Shown: piece after piece, positions 52,587 through 64,000 of the stretch
How positions within the stretch are numbered: position 1 is the first letter of the stretch
How the letters are laid out: the number at the start of each line of letters is the position of its first letter
DNA from: Felis catus
Taxonomy: Eukaryota
Assembly: GCF_018350175.1 (NCBI RefSeq)
Contig: NC_058368.1
Location: forward strand, 94,242,001 to 94,306,000
Reading direction: 5' to 3'
DNA: 64,000 bases
The notes under the pieces: generated by a model
Told to the model about the DNA's origin: nothing
Database searches by the model: none
What the model saw: the letters and a program-made list of their open reading frames with translations, nothing else
Translations under genes and position numbers: made by a program

Positions 52587-54863
52587 AGAAAGAAAAGACA
52601 AAAACAATTTAAAAATATGTTGAGAAGAAATTTATAGTTAGGATAGAGTTTAAAGAATAATCAAGGAAGGAATTCAGGGTAATTTGTGTCGTTAATGTAG
52701 GCACCCAATTTGGTGCCTATTTTATGATTTGTGATTCATGATCTGGCTCCACGAGCTTGCGAGAGAGAATAGAAAAGCCTTTAAGCGGAAGACTGAAGTT
52801 CTCCTCCCGGTCAGATAATAGCCAAGACCGCCTTCCCCCAACTCACAACTTCTGGGATCTTCAGCAGTTTTCCTCACTTCCAAAAATGGGACATAATTCT
52901 CACAGGTGCAACCTCTTTGGTTCTATAGCTTACTGCTCATAAGACGCTGGCTTAAGAACAATCTTGAACACAAGTTCCACCTTCTTAAGGAATGACTGTC
53001 CCTTATGCAAATTATTATTTGTTTCTACAGGTGCACATGCATATGCTGTACCCAATGCAAGCCGTACAACCCTGCAAGCACAGACCCCACAAATCCTAGC
53101 CACCATCCTTTAGAGAAACCCTGGAAACTCCTGTCTAATACCTATTGTTAACAATCCCAGCATCCATCCATCCATCAGTCCGTCTATCCATCCGCCTCTG
53201 CCTCCTTTCCTTTATGCCCATGGGGTACCATCTTTCACAATAACCTTGAATCCTTCTTGGTGGTAGTTATGGACGTCAGACATGTCTACCATGTGCCTTT
53301 ACGATAAGTAATTTGGTCTCCTTGTCCCAGTTTTCTCTTTCCTCCACCCTGTGTTGCATACTGCTACGGAATCCATCAAGACACTCCTGACAGAATTCTA
53401 CTGACCAAAGCGGGCTCTTACATCAGCAGGTCGTGGGAGGCCCAGGCCCTGATCTCGCTTTACTCTCCTACTACTCCTGTCCAAGCCCACTGTCCCTTCT
53501 TCCCTCTGGCAAGACCATTCCTGAACAGTTTTCATTCTTTGCAATCATTGTGCCTCCCCTGCCCTCACACTGTTTCCTGTGCAGGAAACATCCTTCCCGC
53601 TGACCACTGTTCACCTGCACCCCTTCTCCTGCGTCTGTAAAAATCAAAGGTTGAATTTTTGAGGCCTTTGCTCTTACAGGAAATTCATCCACAGACCCAT
53701 TCAGCTTATCCCACCCAATATTTTACCAATTGGCAATATTTCCCATAAAAAGGGGAATTTCCCACTTTGGTGGAAAAAGAAATCAGAACAAAGGGCTGGA
53801 AACGGACGGCGGCCACTGCCCCTTGGACAGTGTGGCTTGCACACACCAGTACCCCAGCCTTATTCCTGCCCTGCGTCACTCACTGCTTGGCTCTGGTAGG
53901 TTCTGCATCAAAGACCCTTGAAAAAAGCTTACTTATTCTTTAAGATCTAATCTAGTTTTGTAGACTCTGTGACTCCAGCTGAAAGTATTTATTCTGAAAG
54001 GCTCTGGGCTTTATTGTGAGTGACAAAGGCAACAAAATCGCTCTTAGAAATCTGGTGTGTCTTATACATACAGCAAGCCTCAAATAAAAGCTTCCTGTCA
54101 CCTAAGAAACGAACATCTCTGTGTTTTGTGAATGGGAGAGAAAAGTTCCCATACAATCTGACCTTTGTAACTGGCTTGCATTCTTAAACTAATGAACAAA
54201 TTCAGGCCAAGTATTAAAGCCAAAATGGGACTTTAAGATATAAGAAGAAAGGAGGCGCCTGGGTGGCTCAGTTGGTTAAGCCACAGACTCTTGGTTTTGG
54301 CTCAGGTCACAGTTTCACGGTTCGTGAGTTCGAGCCCCACATCAGGCTCTGCACTGACAGTGCTTGGGATTCTCTCTCTCCTTCTCTCAAAATAAATAAA
54401 TAAACTTAAAAAAAAAAAAGATACAAGAAGCAGCTACATGACCAGAAAATCTCTGTAATATTTTACATCATTGGGATAGTATCCCAATTAAGAGTATGGT
54501 CTTTGGAATCGAATGGCTTGAGTTCAAATCCTGACTTGCACTAGGAGCTGAGGGACCTTGGCTGCATTACTTATTCTTCCTATGTGTTGGCAATCTCATC
54601 TATAAATGGGAATTAAAAATGATCTCCTATAATCATTAACAGGCTATTTGGAAAGTTACTATCCTCTTTAGAAATACGATGTTAGGGGCACCTGGGTGGC
54701 TCAGTCAGTTAAATGTCCGAACTCGGCTCAGGTCGTGATCTCGTGGTTTGTGAGGTCCACCCCGCGTCAGGCTCTGTGCTGACAGCTCAGCGCCTGGAGC
54801 CTGCTTCGGATTCTGTGTCTCCTTCTCTCTCTGTCCACACCCCCACCCTCTGCTCGCACTCTG

Positions 54864-54906
<43 letters not shown>

Positions 54907-55486
54907 ATAAATAAATAAACAACATTAAAAAAAAATACAGATGTTAATCACAGACTGTTCTTGAAAAGCATTTGGCTCTGCCAAATCACCTTTAGGAAAA
55001 AGAATGAATTCTTGGTTAGAGAGCTAGAAATCCCTGCTAAATAACGTGCTTTGTAAAAGCTCCCTTGAGAATACTCTTAAGTATGCTGTATACATTTTAT
55101 AAACAACAAGGACTATAGCTCACATTTCTAATTGTTTCCAGAACGTTTCTAACACAAAGACTAATATTTTCCACATAGCCTCACTCCCTTATTAAAACAA
55201 TCTACTTTTGTAAATTTGTATTCGATTCTAACTGTCCTAAGACTTGGCAGGAAATGCCTTTTCAGTGGACGCTAATCTACGTGCATATATTTTGAATAAG
55301 TGATTCCAATTCAGACGCAAAACTTTAAAAACAAAACCAACTGCTTTTTAGGCCATTTTCCAAGTATCTGAAGTCACGACTCCATGATCCAAATTCGGCT
55401 GTACATGTGCAAGTAAGCAATATTGCAGATGGGGGTTCAAGGCTTTTCCCGCTCGCCCTTAAAGAAAGAAAGGTGTTGGATGTTAC

Positions 55487-55641
55487 CGTTGATGTAGGCA
55501 CACTGGTTTTCTCTCAAGATTCTTTCAGACTTCTTGATCATCTCGTTGGACTTTTTGTCAGGCCAGGCAAATAATGTCTCCTTTAGATTTCCCTGCAGCA
55601 TCTTCAGAAAGCAGTGGGAGTCAGTGTGATCATGGATGCTG
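55487..55641 (-). CDS. CDO1: Cysteine dioxygenase type 1, coding exon 3
   Basis: Acceptor tatatag|C; encodes SIHDHTDSHCFLKMLQGNLKETLFAWPDKKSNEMIKKSERILRENQCAYIN(D), containing cupin motif 1; donor G|GTAAC; 155 nt. Confidence 0.98.
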
Positions 55642-55820
55642 CTATATATACACAAAGAGACAACTGAGCTCAGTAAATGGTCCAGGCCCCACGCGTGCAG
55701 TAAGTCTGCCCAGAGCTTCCCGCCACATCCTATCATGAGGACAGGTCACAAACCACTTCAGCTGTATTTGTAAAGGTCATCAATTTACAATTAACATTGT
55801 TCAGGGCGACATATAAGATA

Positions 55821-56267
55821 CAGTAAAACCTTGGATTGCGAGGAACTTGTTCTAGGAGTGCTCTGCAAGATGAGCGAACATTTTTCTTTTTTAATGTTTA
55901 TTTTTGAGAGCCAGAGAGAGACACAGTGTGAGTGGGGAAGGGGCAGAGAGAGAGGGAGACACAGAATCTGAAGCAGGCTCCAGGTTCTGAGCTGTCAGCA
56001 CAGAGCCTGACGCAGGGCTCGAACTCGTGAACCGTGAGATCATGACGTGAGCTGAAGTCGGACGCTTAACCGACTGAGCCACCCAGGTGACCCAACGAGT
56101 GAACATTTCTAATAAATTTTAACTTGATAAACAAGAAATGTATGGCAATACATATCACATGATCACAACTGAGCCAATGGTTCTTGAAATTGGCTGTGAT
56201 ACACAAGTGCTTTGGATTATACGCATGTTTCCAAAATGAATTATATTCACAAACCAAGGTTGTACTG
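55821..56267. mobile_element. Tigger-type MITE in CDO1 intron 2, split by a SINE
   Basis: TA|cagtaaaaccttgg ... ccaaggttgtactg|TA: inverted termini with TA target duplication. Confidence 0.8.
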
Positions 56268-57575
56268 TACTATGGCTTTCGTATCAATGTACATATGGCA
56301 TTTTTATCTTCTTTTATCTTCTCCAAGACATAACTTTTAATAACTTGGTTAAGCTGGGCTACAACTTGATTATACAATTACATTAGGGAAAATCTGGAAA
56401 GAATAAAGATAATTATCTACAATAACTGTGTCTCACTTATAAGATCATGTAACATAGTGTTTTTTTCCTCACCCCAGGCCTTTTCTCTCTTTTCCTTCGA
56501 GGGACAAAAGATATGTATATGGATGTTAACACCCAGAAGTTATACTGTAATAATGTTAACATTTTGTAGGTTTAAAGTATTCCACCTGTGATTAACTCTC
56601 AATAACGGAGGGAGAAAGAAAGGACATTGGATTTGCAGGAAATATTTATTCATGTAATCGTAAACGGTATTTCAGTTTAATAAGTAGCATTAGCCATAGG
56701 GTTGATTAAAAGATAGGAAGCCATATATGTCATTAGCATTTAATGCCTATGTTGAATCCATTAAACTGTAAGGATTCATAAAACTGTAAGAACTCATTTC
56801 CTAAACTCACAGAGCCTAGTCCCACTTTCGACATATAATCTACTTCCAAAATATACTGGAAGAATGGATGCAACCAACTCCATTCCATATGAGTAAATAG
56901 ATGTCCTCGAGATAGACCTGACTCGCCCCCAAATCTCATAAATTCAGGTTTTCTTTCTCCCATCAAAAATGGGTCTGCAATTTTTGTTTGTACCATTCTC
57001 AAAAGCCTGAGAAGGATCTGTTTACAGAGATAGCAACTCACAAATGTATCAACTAAAGACAAATGAAGGAACCAAGTTTCAAAGAATTGGAATTAGTTTA
57101 AGCTGCCTTACCCTCCACATAAAAAATTAAAAAGAAAACTAAAAAATTAACAGTCAACAATTAACTTGACACAGAAAGAAATTTTCTGAACTGGTGAACT
57201 GCTTTTCTAGGTCCAGATGTGGACACTTTGGTCTTTGGTCCTGCAATTCATTGCATATCTCAAAGCACCACAAAGGTCAAGTTTTAGCAAAATTCCATAT
57301 ATACTTAACTCCACAGAAGACAGAGATGAAGTTAAACTGGTTACATACATCTTTTGATTTACGACTCATTTTGGGGGGCTGGTTTTGACACTCAGGGTGT
57401 ATGCCTAACTCCCTGACCCTAATTCCCGTAAAAATTTTTGTTGGGACGTTGTAAACAAAATAATTGTAACATGAGATGTGTTAGTGCTCCCAAGACCTGT
57501 GACCATTCTGGCACTGTACTTTCTTACACTGGAACAGAGAATTAGTAAGTATCTGCAAATGAATAATTGTATTAC

Positions 57576-57653
57576 CTGCCATGTCCTTCACCCCAACAGA
57601 GAATCATTAGATTAAATTTTCCATTTCCTTCATCCACAAGATTTCGGGTATAC
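57576..57653 (-). CDS. CDO1: Cysteine dioxygenase type 1, coding exon 2
   Basis: Acceptor ccttttag|G; encodes (R)[25 protein letters not shown](S); donor AG|GTAAT; 78 nt; phase matches exon 1. Confidence 0.98.
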
Positions 57654-58907
57654 CTAAAAGGAAGGTATTCAGAAGTTTGAATCTGGTTGATGAAATATGC
57701 ACTGGGAAAAAGAAGTGTGTCACAAAGTATGGCTGGTTGACAAATGCTAACATTTCCTCCTCCAAACAAAATGAAAACAAATAATTTTTCACAGTTCAAC
57801 ATTTTGGACATTTTTTGTATTTTGAACCACCATGTTTATAGATGTTCCGTTTTAATTAATGGCACAAAAAAGATAACGGGGAAAAAAGGAAATTCTTTGA
57901 TTCTCCACATGACAGCCTCGAGCTGATAAAAAGAGTCAGTTTCTCACAGAGGTATTTGCAGAGTGCATTGCTGCTGTATATGCAAAAAAGTTGCTATTGC
58001 TTTCTTTTTCCTCTTGTAAGCTAAACCATAAGAAACAAGGTTTCATTACACAGCTGTTTTTAGAATTCTCCATAATTTTTGCTATAGCCCAGACACAAAC
58101 CACATTCAAAGCACTCATGATTTAAAGTCCTCTACAAATAGGGTGGGGATTGATTTCAGTATACAACAAAGGAAATTTACATGAGCATAGTTAAGTAACA
58201 CTCTAAAACTTTTCCAGGAGAAACCAGCAACTGGCCCCCTCAAAAAAATCCCAAATCAAAACCACCACAAGCCCATCATCAGGGAAAAAAACCCAAAAAA
58301 CCACAACAACCCACTTTCAAATTTCTATTGATCAAAGGGGTACCATCCAGGGGTGCGTGGGTGGGTCAGTTAGTTAAGCCACAGACTTCTGCTTAGGTCA
58401 TGATCTTGCCCTCCAGGAGCTCAAGCCCCAGGCGGGACTCTGGGCTGACAGCTCAGAGCCTGGAGGCTGCTTCCGATTCTGTCTCCCTCTCTCTCTCTCT
58501 GCCCCTCCCCTGCTCATGCTGTCTCAGTTTCTCAAAAGTAAATAAACATTTTAAAAAAAAGGGGGGGTATCACCCATACCATCTAATTAGTAAAGTTTGA
58601 TCGTTATGACATTCATTTAGATTTATTTATTTATTTATTTTTTTTTTCATTTAGATTTATTTTTTAAGAGAAGGAATCTTTACCCCTTATTTGGGGTACT
58701 GTTTGATCACAGAGTCATCTGTTCACTTATGTCCCTAATGCTCCTTTCTCCCCTTTCTTCCAGCAAGGCAGGAAGCCAGGTGCTGGCAGAGGGAGAGAGT
58801 GGATTAGTAAGTGCTATTCAGATGTCAGTCATCCTAAATTTGTAGCCCTTGAGGACCTACCAAGAGGCTGTGCATACAGCCTTTAATTCACAATAAACTA
58901 CATTTTG

Positions 58908-58909
<2 letters not shown>

Positions 58910-58945
<36 letters not shown>

Positions 58946-58952
58946 ACACACA
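58910..58952. repeat. (CA)n microsatellite in CDO1 intron 1
   Basis: Direct reading. Confidence 0.95.
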
Positions 58953-59659
58953 GACTCTTTCTCCCTCTACCAGTCTTAGGGGACCCCCTCTTGCTTCTCT
59001 GGGACTGTTCCTAGAGAAATTACCGTCTGGCTCACACTAGAATATATTCTTAATTTTTTTTTTTTTTTGGTAGTGTTTATTTTTGAGAGAGAGAGAGACA
59101 GAGCGCCAGCAGGGGGAGGGGCAGACAGAGAGGGAGACACAGAAACTGAAGCAGGCTCCAGGCTCTGAGCTGTCAGCACAGAGCTTGACGTGAACCTACG
59201 AACTGACATGAACCCATGACCCGAGCAGAAGTCCAGTGCTAACCCACTGAGCCACCCAGGCGCCCCACACTGGAACATATTCTGTCCTGGTTCTTCTGTA
59301 CTGGCCTTCCCAGGGTCAGAGATCAGACAGAATCCTTTGCAGTGCTATGATACCTATTCCACACACACACAAATACTGCCCAAATGATTTCTGCTCTCCC
59401 ACCTTTCTCCAAATGCCCACCCATTTATCTTCATTAGTTGTGCTCCGCATACCCATGCAATAGATCAATCCAAATGCTTGCATCTCAAGTGATTTAATTA
59501 GAGCTTGTCGGTCAAGATGAACTCAAAGCCTGGGGAAATGGCATTGTTCTATAGATAAAGTGCCCTCAGCCTACCCTGGTTGATGAATTTCACTTGATCA
59601 ATAATCTACCTTGAAAGCGAACTATTATCACATCATCTGTCTGCAGTAAGTTTAGTAGT

Positions 59660-59787
59660 TGTTTGGAGGGAGGGCTCTGGGCTGTGGGACAACAACGCTA
59701 ATTTGAATCCTGGAGCTGCTCCCTGATAGAAGTATGACCTGACGCAGGTAATCCAACCTTTTTATTAATGCCTACCACTCATCATCT

Positions 59788-59825
<38 letters not shown>

Positions 59826-59915
59826 AGAAATTGTACCTATCTCACAGGGCTGTCATGAGGTACATGAGTTAATACAAGCATAAGGTAAGGAGTATCTGGG
59901 CCATAATAAGCCCTT
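59660..59915 (-). mobile_element. MIR with an expanded poly(A) run
   Basis: ttgaatcctgg..tgacctg..caggta..ctcatcatctgcaaa..gtacctatctcacagggctgtcatgagg core. Other MIR fragments at about 4540-4710, 24690-24850, 29660-29760 and 54490-54650. Confidence 0.75.
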
Positions 59916-60605
59916 GCTTGCTTGGAGCTAATGGCAAAATTAAAAAGTGGCCTCCGGTAGCTTTACCGGCAACCACTTCAGGATAGGAACCGAAGGAATT
60001 TCCTGGAGCCACTGCAAGCAGCGAATGGGATCTTACAAAGGCTTCACATTTTTATTTCAAGCCCTAAAATGCAGAGGAAACTGCCCTTGCTGACAAACAC
60101 GCTATGTTTAGGTGGTTTAGGTGAGGGGACTAACAAAAACTGTTCCCAAGGAACACAATCTCGGTTTATTCTTATCTTTCAGGGATCCTCCTCTCCCTAC
60201 CCTCAGCCCGACTAACCAGAAAGACTGAATCGCGAGCCGCCCGTCGGCAAAGAAGCCCTCACCCTTCAGGGTGATTCAGGTTTACTTCTGGCCCCGGACG
60301 ACTGGTAGGGAGATTCATTTGTATTGGTATCACCGAGCGAGGGCTGCCACGGGCCCCCTCGCTCCATCACATGTGGCAAAGGCAGCGGTCTTCAACTGAC
60401 ATTCCGGAGGGCCTCAGAACTGAGGATTCGAGAAAGCACAACTGCTTGGGGGGCGCTCAAAGAGAAGCAGCCCTTCAACGCACACCCCTGATCGTGGGTT
60501 GAAACAAACCCGCAGTCCGGGAAGTTAAATGGGTTTGGGAGGGGCGGCACAAGTTGAAAAACAGCAGCAGCTGGGAACCCCACGACGCTATTTTCTATCG
60601 GCAAA

Positions 60606-60640
<35 letters not shown>

Positions 60641-61172
60641 AATGCGCGTTGGCAGGTGCCTGGCTGCAGGCGATCGAGTGATGGAGAACTGGCGGGGAGG
60701 GGAATCGAGTCCTCCAGCCGCCACCCCTGTCTCCCGGGGGCACGCTCCGACATTCCGGCCAGTCGGTCCCCCCGGGCGGCGGGCCCGGCGGAGAATGAGT
60801 GCTTGGGGCCACCGGGGGTCCCCCCACCCCGCGCCGCGGCGGCCGGGGCGAGCGACTGCGCCGGAGGGCAGGGCAGTGCTCCCGGGGCCCGGAGAAGGCG
60901 GTGCACCGGCACGAAGAGGACAAAACCCTCTGCGGCCGAGCGGTGGCCTCCGCACCCGGAGCCTGCCGCAGTCTCCGGCCAGGCGGGGATGATCCACGTT
61001 TCGCCCAAAGCGCCGAGCCGCGGGCGAGCAGGCGTAGCGCGGGGGGTGCGGGAAAGGCTGACGAGAGGCGGGCCCGGAGCGGCCAGACCCCTCCTCCGCC
61101 GCGCCCTCGGATCCCTCTTCGGACCCGGATCCCGCGCCGGGGCTCCCGCGGCCAGGGCTAGGGCGCGCTCAC

Positions 61173-61342
61173 CTGTACTGGTCGAACTTGGCGTACACTG
61201 CCCACTCGGCGGGGTCGCTCTCGTAGGCTTCCATGACGGCCTGCACCTCCTCCACGTTGACCTCCTCGCCGGCGAAAAGCTGGTGCAAGATGCGGATCAG
61301 ATCCGCCAGGGTCCGCGGCTTTAGCACCTCGGTCTGCTCCAT
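61173..61342 (-). CDS. CDO1: Cysteine dioxygenase type 1, coding exon 1
   Basis: ATG at 61342; encodes MEQTEVLKPRTLADLIRILHQLFAGEEVNVEEVQAVMEAYESDPAEWAVYAKFDQY(R); donor AG|GTGAG; 170 nt. Confidence 0.98.
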
Positions 61343-61597
61343 CCCTCGCCGAGCTGGCGGCGCGCGCGGCTCTCCGGTGCGGGAGCTGAGCGAACCGAGG
61401 AGCCGGCGGCGAGGGGCCTTAGCTGCTGGCTGGACGGCTACACACGCTCGAGCGCCGCAGCCGAAGGAACGCCCCCCACCAAGACGGCAAGAGACCCCTC
61501 CCGATGTCCTCCAGCGGCGTGGCGGATCCGGGCTCGCAGGGGACGCGCCGCGCACACAAATCAGGACCAAATCGGCTGTCTTGGGCGGCCCCGGCCC

Positions 61598-61604
61598 TTT
61601 TTAA
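61598..61604 (-). promoter_or_regulatory. TATA-like element (TTAAAAA) of CDO1; TSS predicted near 61570-61575
   Basis: Isolated AT run within the GC-rich island, about 260 bp upstream of the ATG, with GC boxes further upstream. Confidence 0.6.
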
Positions 61605-62659
61605 GCTCTCGGAGTCAGCGGGACTGTACCAACGGCTCTCGGAGGGTGGGGAGAGGCGGGGAGCGAGCTGGGCAGCCGGGCGGAGGCGGCGAGAGCGTGC
61701 GGACAAGGTCCACGCAGGCGGCCCCGCGCCCCCCGACAACGCAGCGCTCTCGGGAGCCCCCGTCTCGGCGTCCGCGCGCTCGCGGTGGGCTTCGCGCGGG
61801 GTGTCCGCCACCTCCGCGCGGCGCATTGTGTCCGCCCATCCCAGCCCCTCTGCCCGCGCCCCCTCCCTCCGCCCCCAGCTACTCTGGGAGGCTCCCCTCC
61901 GCCGCTGTGGTTGGCGACACTGGGACGTAGACAGAAGGGATAGGGAGGACGCTGGGGGGACCCGGCGGAGGGCGAAGGAAAGCGATCCTCGCTTCCAAAC
62001 GGAGCTGAGGTTATGAAGAGCTTGCGAAGGTTGACGATGGAGTGCACTCTCTAGCTGGAGAGCTACTGTTTTGTCGATTGACACTGTCCATAATATGCTC
62101 CAGGCTAGGTGGGGGGAAAAATGGAAGTCTTTCTTGAAAAAAAAAAAAAAAAAAAAAAAGAAATGCACTATACTGAAAGTACATTTTTCACAAAGGACAC
62201 TCGGGACTCTAGCAAGATTAGTGAAACGAAGGAAGGCCAGGTAACCCTGTCTGATTTTAAAATCAAACATTTCCTTTCAGATAATATATATTCAGTGCAA
62301 AGACCTGATGTGTCAATTAATGGTGAAAAGAAATGCTCTTCCGGGCTCCTAATGCAATAATTTATAGGGTTCTAATTATACTATTAAACTCAAATCTAGG
62401 CGTGCGCATGAATGAGCCTACTGGTTAGGGAAACATTTTCTGTGCTGTGCAGGGCACTTGGCATGCTTTGTGAACAACGCAAATTGAGTAGGAATGAAAA
62501 TAAATGTGAGGGACGGGAGAAATGCAAGTCTAGATTCATTCTCATTATAAATGGACCCAGGGAAGAGTTCAAATTCAATGTTCTTAAAGGCGTAAATTTA
62601 TGAAAGACTGCTCTTTGCATCAATGTATGTGTGTCTATTTTAAATTTACTTGTGCCGCC

Positions 62660-62683
62660 TAAGGTCTCACTTTGTAAGTTTTT

Positions 62684-62737
<54 letters not shown>

Positions 62738-62940
62738 CACCAGTTGGGGAGGGGCACAGAGAGAGAGAGAGAGAGAGGGAGAGGGAGAATCCCAAGCAGA
62801 CTCCATGTCAACAGCTCAGAGATCAGGAGTCTGAAGCTTAACCTTCAGTGCCACTGAGGTGCCCCATAAGGTCTAATTTTGTTTTTTTAAGTTTATTTTT
62901 TTGAGAGAGAGAGGGAGAGAGATAGCACCAGATGGTAAGG

Positions 62941-62990
<50 letters not shown>

Positions 62991-63073
62991 CCCAGCAGAC
63001 TCTATGCTATCAGCTCAAAGATCGGAAGTCTGAAGCTTCACCTTCAGAGCCACTGAGGTGCCCCATAAGGTCT
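62660..63073 (-). repeat. Tandem duplication of an internally deleted CAN-SINE with long (GA)n tracts
   Basis: Two units of about 200 bp share agcaccag and gtctgaagctt.accttcag.gccactgaggtgccccataaggtct; taaggtct occurs at 62660, 62867 and 63066. Confidence 0.8.
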
Positions 63074-64000
63074 TATTTTAAACATCCCTGGTTAAACTGA
63101 TTATACTGCAAGTATTCTAACAATGTTGTTAGGAAATAAAAATGACAGTTCAATCCCCATTGTTCAAAAAAAGGTAGAAGGCACTCCAGAACACAACCTT
63201 TGGTGATATATGTTGCTGAGAGGTGGTTAGCTGGGGACAGAGTACATTGTACAGTTTTTATTGTTTACTCAAAATTATTTTTTTTATTCTTGTCAATGTT
63301 TTCTATTGGGTCTCTTAATTGCTTCATTTCAGCTATCCTAATCTACATTCACTGGCTCTTCTTCTGGACTTTCAAAGACTTCTAGAATCTACCTAATATA
63401 CCCATATTCACACATTCATATTCATTGCCTCTCTTCTCTAAACCTTCCCGCAAACTCACAATTTCATTGGTCACTTCTGTGCGGATGCCTCCCACATCTC
63501 CCTAATTTTACATACTGAGAGCAATCTCTATTTAACATCTTTTGGCATCTAAAATGCAAGATATTTGGAACTCCTTCCAAGCAAGCTTTTCAACTCCTGG
63601 AGTTTCTACTTCTTTTCTTCTTCTTCTTCTTTTTTTTTTTTTTTTAAGTTTTTATTTATTTATTTTGAGATAGAGAGTGATGGAGGGGCAGAGAGAGAAG
63701 GAGAGAGAGAATCCCAAGCAGGCTCAGCACTGCCAGCACAGAGCCCTATGTGGGGCTCAAGCCATAAGACCTAACCTGAGCCGAAACCAAGAGTCAGATG
63801 CTTAACCGACTGAGCCACATAGGTGCCCCTGGAGTTTCTATTTCTGCAGTGAGGCTACCTTGACTCAAAAGCCACATCCACCACTGCCTACCCTTTCTTT
63901 GCTTCATTCTGAAATCCTTCAACCCAATGCCAAATTTTGTACCTCCATATATTTTGTGATTTCCTGCTTTTCTATTCTTAACTGCTACTGCACTTGCTCA

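Larger units (their letters stand above)
48010..61575 (-). other. CDO1: CDO1 gene span (5 exons; TSS and cleavage site approximate)
   Basis: Five exons splice in frame (170+78+155+170+30=603 nt) to a 200-aa protein MEQTEVLKPR...SGSLENN matching mammalian cysteine dioxygenase type 1. Iron ligands H86/H88/H140 and the C93/Y157 crosslink pair are present. Confidence 0.97.
60230..62010. promoter_or_regulatory. CpG island covering CDO1 promoter, exon 1 and start of intron 1
   Basis: Very high GC and dense CpG compared with the CpG-depleted remainder of the window; multiple GC-box-like motifs. Confidence 0.92.

Noticed and set aside
61343..61570. 76-codon in-frame N-terminal extension of CDO1
   Set aside because: Starts at TTG right at the predicted TSS, has no upstream ATG, and an open frame of this length is unremarkable in a GC-rich UTR. 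It would need ribosome profiling support.
60392..62270. Many long overlapping ORFs (up to 283 aa) on both strands
   Set aside because: Expected from stop-codon scarcity in a GC-rich CpG island; low-complexity Arg/Gly/Pro/Ala translations that run through microsatellites.

Overview
Mammalian genomic DNA from a carnivoran, most likely a felid, judged from dozens of tRNA-derived CAN-SINEs including near-consensus SINEC_Fc-type copies. The only protein-coding gene I can support is CDO1 (cysteine dioxygenase 1). It is complete on the minus strand: 5 coding exons (61342-61173, 57653-57576, 55641-55487, 50348-50179, 48766-48737; 603 nt, 200 aa, all GT-AG introns), a CpG-island promoter with a TATA-like element, and an AATAAA at about 48030. 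Positions 1-48000 are repeat-dense sequence downstream of CDO1 (SINEs, L1/L2/MIR fragments, MaLR/ERV LTRs, DNA-transposon fossils). The most notable non-genic object is a near-full-length but dead hAT transposase fossil (about 16.1-20.5 kb) carrying nested Tigger MITEs and SINEs; the ORF track shows almost none of it. Other points worth checking are a NAGNAG acceptor next to the iron-binding motif of CDO1, a young solo LTR inside a SINE, a 35-bp unique-sequence duplication, a tandemly duplicated SINE upstream of the promoter, and an unexplained A-tailed segment. I found no evidence for a novel multi-gene system. Repeat family names come from recalled consensus sequences, not from a search, and repeat boundaries are approximate unless TSDs/TIRs are quoted.
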